Source: Podarcis filfolensis (lineage: Eukaryota). Taken from it: a stretch of DNA of 64,000 nucleotides. The position numbers and the translations under genes are program-made. The stretch lies in the NCBI GenBank assembly GCA_964270895.1, contig OZ185437.1. One strand, written 5' to 3'. Below are positions 1 through 11,600 of this stretch, in pieces. Below the pieces are notes generated by a model. It was not told the origin of the DNA. It saw nothing but the letters and a program-made list of their open reading frames with translations, and made no database searches. Each line of letters opens with the position of its first letter. The stretch's first letter is position 1.

Positions 1-1430
1 TCTTGCTGCACTCTGCACATTGTTTCAGTATGCACAAAGATTAGCATAAAAATAGTGAGGAGCAAGATGCAATAGATGATTCCTAACTTGTATCAATGGA
101 GGTGCATTATAAGTGGTCCATATTTCACAAGCATACAGTAAGGTTGGTAGTGCAATAGTTTTGTAAACAAGCATTTTGGTTTCCCTGCGAATGTACCAGT
201 CCACAAACACACTGCACTTCAATCGGGAGAAAGCTGCACTCGCAGAGCTCAAAGGTTGTTGGATTTTGGCGTCAGTGTCACCCCTTGTGGAAAGATAACT
301 GCCCAGGTGGGGGAAGTGATTGACGCTTTCCAACATTACACCACTGAGTTGGATTTGTAATAATAATAATAATAATAATTTATTATTTGTACCCCGCCCA
401 TCTGGCTGGGTTTCCCCAGCCACTCTGGGCGGCTTCCATAGAAAACCAAAAATACACTAAAGCGCTGCAGAGGCGTTGTTTTATGCTTGTTGGTACAGCG
501 CTTTGGTTTTTTGGATGTTGAGTGATAGGCCAAGCTTTTTATAAGCTTATGTGAAGATATTTAGGATAGTTTGGAGGTCATCCTCTTGAGTGTGCACACG
601 CTATGTTGTCATCAGTATGCTGAAGCTTTATGCAGAAGTTATGGTAACCTTACTCTTTGTTTTCAGCCTACTCAAATTAAAGAGCTTTCCATCTGTCTGG
701 TATGATTTCTATTCTGGTGGGAAGTTTCCCTTCGACAAAGCGTATGGTCATGTCAATGAAAATAATAAATAAAGAGTTGGGGTGATAACACAACCCTGTT
801 TAACACCTGATCCGACTGTGAACGGTTCACTTTGAGAGCAATTATCTGCAATTGTTGCTGTCGTATTATCATGGATGAGCCAAAGGATGTTCAGAAATTC
901 ATCTGGGTAGCCGATTTTAAGGAGGACAGTCCACAGGGCATTACGATTTAGTGTCAAAGGCCTTAGTCAGGTCAGTAAATGCCATATACAGGGATTAGTT
1001 TTGATCTTAGCATTTTTCTGGAAGCTGAGCGGTGAAAATCATGTACACTGTCCCCCTAGAAGGTTGAAAACCATTTTGGGATTCAGGAGGGGTAGCCTCG
1101 GATATTGTTCAGAGACAGTTTGCTAAGATCCTTGCAAGAATTTTGCAGGCTGCAGCTAATAAAGAGATGCTTTGATAGTTTCCGTAATTCGTTCTATCAC
1201 CTTTTTTAAAGAGATTGATAATTTTTGCATCCCTAAAGTCTGCTGGGATCTCTCTCCCAGATTTTTTCGATGAGCTAGTGAAGTTGTTGTGTAAGTTTAG
1301 CTCCGCCCACTTTGAAGACTTCAGCAGGTATCCCATCACATCCGCTGGCTTTGTTGTTTTTCATTTGGTTAATGATAGTCTATGCTTAAGAAACTGTTTT
1401 ACATTTCTAACCACATTATTTAGGCATTGA
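1..1430 (-). mobile_element. Decayed RTE-clade LINE (RTE-1-like, not BovB), RT region
   Basis: Fragmented - strand frames: IPADFRDAKIINLFKKGDR.NYGNY.SISLL, ALW.VL.K.G.P...GVKQGCV, HLGSYLS...ASAAFSRL...TKMLVYK...LLYACE.WT. Frameshifted and interrupted at ~360-457. Confidence 0.88.
360..457 (-). mobile_element. L2-type LINE 3' end with (ATT)n tail nested in the RTE
   Basis: Reverse complement reads gaagccgcccagagtggctggggaaacccagccagatgggcggggtacaaataataa; same tail at 3861, 24634 and 25605. Confidence 0.7.
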
Positions 1431-1454
1431 ATGTGATTGTGATCTTCATTGCAG

Positions 1455-1563
1455 AATGGACAGAGTTTCCTTGTGTTGGATGAACAAAGATTTGCCAAAG
1501 AGATTCTTCCAAAGTACTTCAAGCACAACAACATGGCAAGCTTTGTGAGACAGCTGAATATGT
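1455..1563 (+). CDS. HSF2: HSF2 exon 2 ([36 protein letters not shown])
   Basis: gcag|AAT ... ATGT|gtgagt; 109 bp. Confidence 0.97.
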
Positions 1564-4500
1564 GTGAGTTTTATAACAATATGTAGTATTAACCTTTAGA
1601 TATACTGGTCTACATTTAAAACATTGAACTCCATAGAATTCTGTTCTGAGATGGATTCTACCTTTTATTGTAATAACAGATTCTAACTATTCCTCAGTTT
1701 TAATCATTTATTGTACGAAACAGTATCGTAAGGCATTCAGCTGCAGTCACTGACTGGAATGCAAGGGAAAACAAGCAGAATGCATACTGCATATTGAGTG
1801 AATCAAAGAAATGTAGACTTGGAAGGGACCCAGGGGTCATCTATGCAGGAATCTCAACTAGGAGAAGGACAGCTGACACTAAGAGAGAATTGATTCAAAT
1901 CAACGAGCCTTCCTCATAGCTGCAGCCTGCAGCTTGGTTTTTGTGTGAACTTCAGTCATGTTTGACAACCAGTAATAAGGGTTTTTATAAGCGTTTTGAG
2001 AGCATGTGTGGCAGCTTTATAAAAAAGAAATCCCATGATATTGATAGTATCTTCTTCCAGAAGGGACAGGTTGTGACATGACATGTAGCAGTATAAGTTC
2101 ATCTCCTTATTTTAGGAAGGACACCCATCTTGTAACACAGCATTGCGTTGTGATGATTGAATGTGTATGTCATATTTTAAGTGGCACTTTAAAGCTAGAA
2201 CTCTTAGGTAGAGCCTTTATAGTACTAATATATGAAGGCTGTGGTTGGCTTTGTTCTGCCTTCCGCTGCTCTTATGAGAATGGCCTTGTTATCCCAAGAT
2301 AAAACCTGGGGCTAATAAGGCTGGAAGGGAAACAAAATGGGACCCTGCATAGGTTGATAATGCACCTAGGGTTAGTCACACAGAAACTTGCACAAATGAA
2401 GGGCAGCTTGTAGCAGAATAGCTTTCACTGAAGGTAAAAGGAATGTGAATAGGCAGGGCTGCTACCTGCACAAAGACAGCAACATTTTTCACTCAGCTGA
2501 ATGAGGATTGTAGCCTTGATTATTCCAGTAGGCTTTTCCATAGTTGATTTATTCTTTTCAGATGGTTTCCGTAAGGTAGTCCACGTTGACTCTGGCATTG
2601 TCAAATTGGAAAGAGATGGCCCTGTTGAATTCCAACACCCCTACTTCAAGCAAGGACGGGAAGACTTACTGGAGCACATTAAAAGAAAGGTTAGTGAAAG
2701 GGAGTCTGGAAGCTTTGAACCTTCTGTAAGCACTGACGTAGATCCATGTGAGGGTTTGCTAGGATCTTGCAGATAGTGTAAGTGGGAACAGAAATCTAGA
2801 TTGCAAAAAAGGAACAGTACAATTCAGTTTTACTGAGTACAAAGCAATGCACATGCCAACAAGACTGCCGTGCAGCAGTTCAAAACAACTGCATGCAAGC
2901 CTTCAGTCACATCAAGATCTAGAATTACAGATCAAGGATGGCTTACTGTAACCTAAAATATGCCTTCAACAAAGCGGGATGGCCAGTTCTCTGATCCAAA
3001 GGCAGAAGCGAGTCCTGGACCTATTTTGATCAGTGTAAGGAAGCGCTTCACCAATGAAACAGAAATCCAGGGAGATGTTCAGAGTCTTAGCTTCATTTGG
3101 CACAACTTGAACTATGTCAGATTTCACTTGCTTACCTTCCACACTTTTTCTCCTCCTTTCTACAAACCCCACTTCTTCCATCCCCTGTGCTTGCAAAAAT
3201 TGTCATCTGACCTAATGGAATGTTTGCATTATTTATTTCTTCAGTTGCTACTTATTTGCTATGATACCTGCATAAAGTAGCTTTGGTAAGCATCTGGGTG
3301 AAAAGGGAATTCTCTGTAAGAGATGGAACAAGGTCCTGACTATCCAGCTTGAATATCCCTCCATTATTCTCTTGACCTTTCTGCCCTATAATAATCATAC
3401 ATATGTACATAGCACTTCCCTTTTTATTCCTTCTGAATTATTTGAACGCAGCATAGCCTTTGATTATTTAGTTCATTTTCAGATGGCATATGATCCCTTC
3501 ATGATCTTGCAGATTCCATCCATGTGTACATTTTTGTTAATTGAAAGCAGAAGTACAAAGCTCTGCATGGATTCAGAGCAAAACCTTATTTATCAATTAA
3601 ATAGTCACTACAATCCATATTTTTAAAAGTAATATGTTAACTTAAATTTGTGGTGATAATTCTTACAGGTTTCTTCTTCAAGGCCTGAAGAAAATAAAAT
3701 TCGTCAGGAAGATCTGTCTAAAATCATAAGCAGTGCTCAGAAGGTTCAAAGTAAACAAGAGACTATTGAATCCAGGCTATCTGCTCTGAAGAGGTAAATA
3801 AGATTTCTACCTTGATTTTTTAGGAGGAAGAGTATGAAAGACTACTAGTACATCTAAAAATGTTTTTAGATTGCTGTAAGCTGCCCAGAGTAGCTAGGGA
3901 AACCCAGCCAGATGGGCAGGGTATTTACTATTATTATCATCATCATTATTTATATCATTACTGGTGGGTTTATGGCACCTTTAAGGAAACAGTTGTTTAT
4001 TAAAGCTGGTATTCACATAAGTGTTACTTTGAGTAGACGCATTGAAATTAATGGCCATGACGACGGGCCACTAGGGGCGCATTGGAAGATGGCCGACAAT
4101 ACCATCTCTCCGACCCACACGGGGTAATTAAGAGGCTGTTCTGGGAGTAGGCAGCCTCCCTTGTTGCCCCAAGGAAATGGGGAACACTGCCCTTGCCTGC
4201 TGTGCCCATAAATCACCCCCTAATTTGAAAGAAGGGGGTGAGGGCCCTAGGCAGAATGCCCCCGTGTGGACCTCGGCTCTCCTGGACGCTGTCTCTGATC
4301 GCGCACTAGCTGCAGCAATTTGGAATAATTAATTACAAAAGAAGCAAATGCACATATTTCAAGTGAAGAAGGGGAGTGAAGTCTGCTAATTTAAGTGACC
4401 TCTGCGAAAGAAGACGATGGGATGGAGAAACAGGAATATTTTACGATGAAGATACACCAAAGGCTGGGTATGGTGACAACGGGACTGAATGGGGGGGGGA

Positions 4501-7500
4501 AACTTTTTTACTTTCCTTCTATGTGATTTACAAGAAGCCCTCCTCATTAGAATCGTCAGTTGAACTGACCCAAGCAAGATGATTAAGGTCTGTGTGGAGA
4601 TAAACTTTAACCAAAAGTATGCTTTATGGAGATCGAGAAGCAATAAGGGCTTTTGGAATGGTGCAGCAATTCGGAGTCGCCATCTTGCCAAAGGATTTAT
4701 AGCTGGGAGGAGGAACAGACTTGTCAGACTGCATTCCTGGTGAATCTCCTCAGAGGTTTTGAGAAAGGAGGCAGATTGGTGAAGATTAATGACGCTAAGA
4801 CTGTTTTGATGTATGGAAGTGATGTTATATGGAAAACGTCTGGATATGGCTACTGGATAAAAAAAATAATATCCACGCAGGATTACAAACTGTTCTAACC
4901 AGCTTGTGGAGACTATCAGAGGTCACAAAGAGAAAGGAAAAATATAGGAAAATAACAACAAGAGATGTGGAAAAACAATAAGAAAGGACTGGATAGTACT
5001 GTGAACACCATAAGGTTAGATTTGTGGACATTAAAACAGCAGCAAGTAGCAAGAAGTTGATTGGATCCCCTTCGGAACTTGAAATATGGGTACCCCCAAC
5101 AAAAATTAAAAATTCGGCTGTGTAATTTGGAATTTATGTAATTTGGTTTGATTTGATGTGATTGGTCGGTTAATAAAAAAATATTTTTTTAAAAAAAGAA
5201 ATTAATGGCCATGACTATGGGTCTTCTATTTCAATGGGTTTGTTCTGAGTAAGGCAACTGAGTACACCCTGTAGTGCTGTCTTTGTGTATTTTGTATTAC
5301 AAAGAAGAGGTGTGACAGGTCCCTGTTTCACGGAATTCACAATCTAAAATAGGAGGGGGGGGAATAAGCATGAATATGTGATTATTTTAATTGTATATGT
5401 TTTGGCTTAGTTAACAATAAAGTATAATTACAGTTCCAAGTTTCACTAGGTCAGTTATTGGGATGCGGGTGGCGCTGTGGTTGAAACCACTGAGCTTCTT
5501 GAGCTTGCTGATTGGAAGGTCGGCAGTTCAAAAATGTGCGATGGGGTGAGCTCCCATTGCTCTGTCCTAGCTTCTGCCAACCTAACAGTTGGAAAGCACA
5601 CCAGTGCAAGCAGATAAATAGGTACCGCTGCGGCGGGAAAGTAAACTGTGTTTCTGTGCACTCTGGCTTCTGTCACGGTGTCCTGTTGCACAAGAAGTGG
5701 TTTAGTCATGGTGGCCACATGATCCGGAAAGCTTTCTGTGGACAAACGCTGCCTCCTCAGCCTGAAGCGAGATGAGCACCCCATAGTCACCTTTGACTGG
5801 ACTTAACCGTCCAGGGGTCCTTTAACTTTTTACCTTTATCTAGGTCAGTTAGTAATCCTTATATTGACTGTAAACATTTTGAAACAGAGAAAATGAATCT
5901 CTTTGGCGGGAGGTAGCAGAACTGAGAGCAAAACATCTGCAGCAACAGCAAGTTATTCGAAAGGTAATTATGTTAACTTCTTTCTTCAGAAGAATAATTT
6001 AAAGTCATCTATAAATGAAGTGCAGAATTGGAAGGGAAACTGTAATTTGTGTGTTGTAAAGGGGCAGGGGTTTTAGTGGAAATTGGTAGCTTGAATGGTA
6101 GGTGACTTGCAATAATTCAATAAAGCTTGAAATTATCTTCTCGGAGATCAATTGGATAGTGGGTGGCAAAAAGCTCAGATGATCTGTTTAGGATATGGTA
6201 GCATGAAATGTGAAGGGCATTAATCTAATTTTGTTAAAATTGTATAACAAATGGTTAAGAGATTAAACGCCAGGGATATACACAAAATATAAAACTTGCA
6301 GAACTCCATGTTTTATATTTTGAATGCCTTTACGTTCCATCTCATATTTTTTAAATTGTTTTTAGACAAATCTGATATCTACAACATACAAAAATTAGGC
6401 TGTTTAGGGATTTGCACTATTATCTTTGCATTAGAATGACACCCAGACCTCTAAATCCTTTTGTTCTTAACTTTCCTATTAGGAAGGTGACTCTAAGCCT
6501 TTGATATTTCAGGCTTTAATTCTAGCCTACTTGACTCTGTATAGTTCCATAAAAAATAAAATTGAACTATTGAGTTCAGTTTAACTTGCTCCTAATTGTG
6601 TGTAGGATTTTTCTAAAGGCAACATTCTGTATTTCTCTGCAGATTGTACAGTTCATTGTCACCCTTGTTCAGAATAACCAACTTGTGAGTTTGAAACGAA
6701 AACGGTAAGTATCAGGTTGACGATACTGGAATTGTAACACAGGTTTATTTTGTGGATATATAGTGTTTATAGAAGCATAAGTTTAAATCCTTGTATTTTT
6801 TAGAAACATTTTTTTCTTTTATGATTTAGCCCATTGCTTCTGAATACTAATGGGACACCGAAGTCCAACATATTCCAGCAGATAGTCAAAGAACCAGCAG
6901 AAAACAAACATCATGTGAGTTAATTCTGAAATATACTTAAGGAAAGTATTAAAAAATGGGCAGAATCACTGCTTGGTTGGACAGAGAAAATACAATATTC
7001 CCCATGAAAAAGAGTACAGTAATCATTATTCACATAGTCCTTGCGTTGGCTGTTTTCCTTTATATGGAGTGAAAATAGATCAGGCATATAGCAGTAAGGT
7101 ACCAAGAATGCTGTTGACAGAAAGGGAGGGGCACCAAGTGATGCTTTTCCATAGCATTTACACCCAATACTGCATTGTCAGATTATTATTTAGTTTTGAT
7201 AAGCTAAATGAGGAGGAAACAGGGCAAAATATTCAGCTAAAAAAGCAGGTGTCATTGATGTAGGAGCTATTTTTTCCCTTAAACACAATCTGGAGAAGTA
7301 TTGTCTGTACACATTGTACAGATTTTGCATTCTTTCTGCATCTTCTCCCACAAATTATTTCACTATGTTGTAACTTTTCCATTGATCTTGAACCCTCTAA
7401 GGCCCACATTGGTTGTGAAGGTGAAAATGTATCCCCCCCCCTTTATTGTGTACACACAAACTTCATAATTAGGGTGGCAACTTTTGTTCAGAACTGTACT

Positions 7501-8650
7501 TGCTGTCTCACCCTCACCTTACAAAGTTAAGGGGAGGGTGGTTTCTCCAGATTCTCGTTTTAAGCTGCTTTTTACATTTGTCAAGACAGCTCATTTGGAA
7601 ATTGTATCATTTTCCTCCTAAATTTTTGTTTAGTATGATGTCTGAATTCCTAATGATTTGTAAATCTAAATTGGTTACAATTTATGGTTGATTTAAATTT
7701 TTTAAAAAAGCATTATGACACTATTTTGGTTCTTGTAAATGGGCAGGTACCGCATAGCAGGACTGATGGCTTAAAGCAGAGAGAACAGCTGTCAGACGAT
7801 ATTATTATTTATGATATCACTGATGATATTGGTGATGAAGAAAAGCCTCCAGTTACTCCAGAAAGCAGTGAAGATGCTGCTTCAGACTCAAAGTAAGAAA
7901 AAATATTTGGAATTAAATATCCTCAGGCACACTGACCTACAGAAATTAAGTCCATATCTTACTTGATAGTTTGACTCTCTAGGTCGTGTAGATCCCAAGA
8001 TACCTGTGTAATCAAAAGATAAGATCCAACATATCCAATAGATTAGTCTATAAATTTTAACATTAAATCAAAATTGTTCTGAAAGGTAACTGATGAAAGG
8101 TGTAAGCTTAAGGGAGCCATCCTAAAGCCTATGGACCGCCTCTCCTGGTATGCCCCGCGGAGGACCTTACGGTCCACAAACAATAACACTTTGGAGGTCC
8201 TGGGCCTCAACCAGGGCAAGGGTCTTTTCGGCTCTGGCCCTGGCCTGGTGGAATGCTCTGTCACAAGAGACCTGCGCATTTGACATCTTTCTGCAGGGCG
8301 TGCAAGACGGAGCTGTTCCGACAGGCCTATGGTCGGGGCCCAGTCTGACACACACACACCCTTTTTTTTGTTATAAGACCCAGTATATAAGTGGCCGCCA
8401 TAAGCCTTTCCACCGGCTCATATAAGACCAGCACAAACAGTTGGGCCTGGTGAGCACTCAGTGTTCCCATCCCCTATAGTTATAATCCGTGAAATCAGAA
8501 TAACCTGATTTTATTCTACTCCAAATTTGATTTTAAGCTGTATTTTAATCATTTGTTTGATTTATGTTTTTAAAGTATTGTATTTTGATGTTAGCTGCCC
8601 TGAGCCCGGTCCTAGCCGGGGAGGGCAGGGTATAAATAAAAATTATTATT

Positions 8651-8695
<45 letters not shown>

Positions 8696-11600
8696 ATTGG
8701 AAGTGGAGTGAGTGTAGCTTTGCTGTGGGATGTCATATAACACCTGCTAGAGTCTCCCTGATGTACACTCACAAAAAGCTCCACAGGCATATACTCCCAG
8801 CAGTATAGGATGAAATGGGGTATGTTGGAGCAGATTCCTGGGGGCAGGATTAAAAAAAAAAATTAAAATATGCTACCACCTGCCATCCTAGCCACATTTG
8901 AGTTGGAAGAGGTTACCTCTCTTCTCTTTCCCTGGACCCCAACAAACAGGTACTTCCCTCTTCTACCCTTCCTCCCAAAAAAAGAAATGTACTGGTATTC
9001 TCAGTATTTGAGCATTTAAGGAATTGCAAAACAATAGCATTATGTAGCTCATAACAAGGGCAGCAGTTTAATAGCTGTTCTCTACATTAATATGAGCTGC
9101 AAAGGAAATGTGGTGGGTGTTGGTTCTCTTGAATCACATTTTGTCTATGTATTGCAGTTATAGTCCTGACATTGTAATAGTCGAAGATGACAATGAGGAT
9201 GACTATGCTCCTATAATCCATGAAAATACAACTGCTGAACCAGCCACAATTCCATCCGGTGATTCTGTCAGTCCTTCCCCTTATGGTGCAAGCCCATTAA
9301 TGTCTGGTGCTGTTCAGTTAAACAGCCAGTCAACCTTAACAGCAGAAGACCCAGTCTCAATGATGGATTCAATACTCAGTGAGAATGGAGTGATTTCACA
9401 AAATATCAATCTTCTTGGAAAGTGAGTCACATTCTTCAAATCATCTTTAAAGTTCACACTTGTTCTCTCTTTTTTAAGAGCTTCAAGAAGAGCTACATGA
9501 ATATTTAAATTTGCACTAGTTCTCTGATTTGTTGCTTTCTGAACATGGCATAGTGGGTGAGATTCAAATGTTTCCCAATTCTAAGTGCTGGTGCTGACTC
9601 ATTTAAAGCTTTACACAGTTCAGGACCTCAATACCTTAAGGACCGCCTCTCCCCATACAAACTAACATGGACCCTGCGCTTGTCATCCAAGGCCCTTCTC
9701 TATGTCTCCCTTCCCCAAGATGTTCAGAGAGTAGCAACACAATAGGCCTTTTCAGTGGTGGCTCCCCGTCTGTGGAATGCCGCCCCCAGAAATGCTAGCC
9801 TGGTGCCATCATTACATGTCTTTAGGCACCAAGCAAAAGCATACCTCTTTACCTTTGGGTATTAAATAATCTGTCGCCTGTTAAGGAGAGGGAGACTGTT
9901 ACTATTGTATTTTTTTATATGCTTGGCCAGTAAAGCGAGATGAGCGCCGCAACCCCCGTCTCGTTCGTGACTGGACTTAATTGTCGGGGTCCCTTTACCT
10001 TTAACTAAAATATGTTTTTAATGTTGTACACTGCCCTGGGATCTTTTGAATAAAGGGTGGTATATAAATCAAATTAACATTTCTTCAGTATTCCTCAGTT
10101 TTGGATTCAGTAGTAAAGGTACAGATAGCTTTTAGAGCAGATGCTCCATTTCCTTTTTTAATACTGAATAATGTCATGCTTAGTGTTTACTGAAAGACTA
10201 GTGGTCTTCTGTAGAATCAATGCATGCTTGATCCACTATATACTCCCACTCAACATCATGGATCACTTTCAGATACCTAGAATTACCGTATTTTTCCCTC
10301 TATAACACACAGATTTTTTCTCCTAAAAAGGAAGGGGAAATGTCTGTGCGTGTTATTGAGCGAATGTGTGGTCCCTGGAGCCAAATGGCAAAAAAAATCA
10401 GGCAAAAATCAAATCGCGCGTCTCGGAGAAGGGAAACCTGAAAAGAGGAAGTGGCTGCTTTCCTGCATTCTGCCTCAGGGTCTTACTGCCCACCCTCCTC
10501 TGTTTCCTTGCTGTGTTTGCTCAAACGGAACAAAGAGCAGGGAAAGCCCCTCCCCTCCAGGCAAGCAGAGGGGAAAGCAGAGTGTCGTCTCTGTGCTCCG
10601 GTGCTGCTGAAAACATGCAGGAGGGAGAGAGAGAGCGAGAGAGCGAGAGCGAGAGAGCTGGCTGGCTTGGGTGGGTAGGTGAGGGAAAACTTTTGCCTTC
10701 CTTTCCTCCCTCCCGTTATACCCCTCTCCTGCATTCTTAGCCAGCTGCTTCTCTGCACACCCCTCTCGTGCTCCTTGTCCATTCTGTATTTTTCCTTCCT
10801 TCCCCACTTAAAATGTGGTTAAAAAGCATGGATCCACATGGATCCTCAGGATCTTTGCATTGGGTCACCCCAAATTCACCATCAGATCACATAGCATGTC
10901 CATGGCTACAGCCTGCCCCCCCCCCCCAAATCACGCACCCACTGTTGCCTGGGGCTGCAATGGTGCAAAAACGTGGTTACAAAACATGGATCCTCAGGAT
11001 CTTTGCATTGGGTCACCCCAAATTCACCATCAGATCACATAGCATGTCCATGGCTACAGCCTGCCCCCCCCCAAATCACGCACCCACTGTTGCCTGGGGC
11101 TGCAATGGTGCAAAAACGTGGTTACAAAGCATGGATCCACAGGGATTCTCAGGATTTTTGCATTGGGTCACCCCAAATTCACCATCAGATCACATGTCTG
11201 TGGCCACAGCATGAAGCACAAAAATGATACATCCACTGTTTCATTCAGAATGTTTTTTCCCTTGTTTTCCTCCTCTAAAAACGATGTGCGTGTTATGGTC
11301 AGGTGCGTGTTATCGAGCAAAAAATACGGTATACTCATGTCTGTTGAATTCCAAATAATCCTAGTGGTTGTCCTCTTTACCTTCATTTTTCTTCTGCACT
11401 TTGATTCATTTGTACAATATATTTCTCAGAAAAGCTAGAATTTCATGGAGTTTTCTTGCACTCCTTTAGGGTGGAACTTCTGGATTATCTTGAGAGCATT
11501 GATTGCAGTTTAGAGGATTTCCAGGCCATGTTGTCAGGACGACAGTTCAGCATAGATCCAGATCTCCTGGTTGATGTAAATATTTACACTATATATTTTT

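Noticed and set aside
10768-11227. ORFs with repeated peptides; array looks superficially CRISPR-like
   Set aside because: Head-to-tail minisatellite without unique spacers, inside a eukaryotic MITE; no cas genes.
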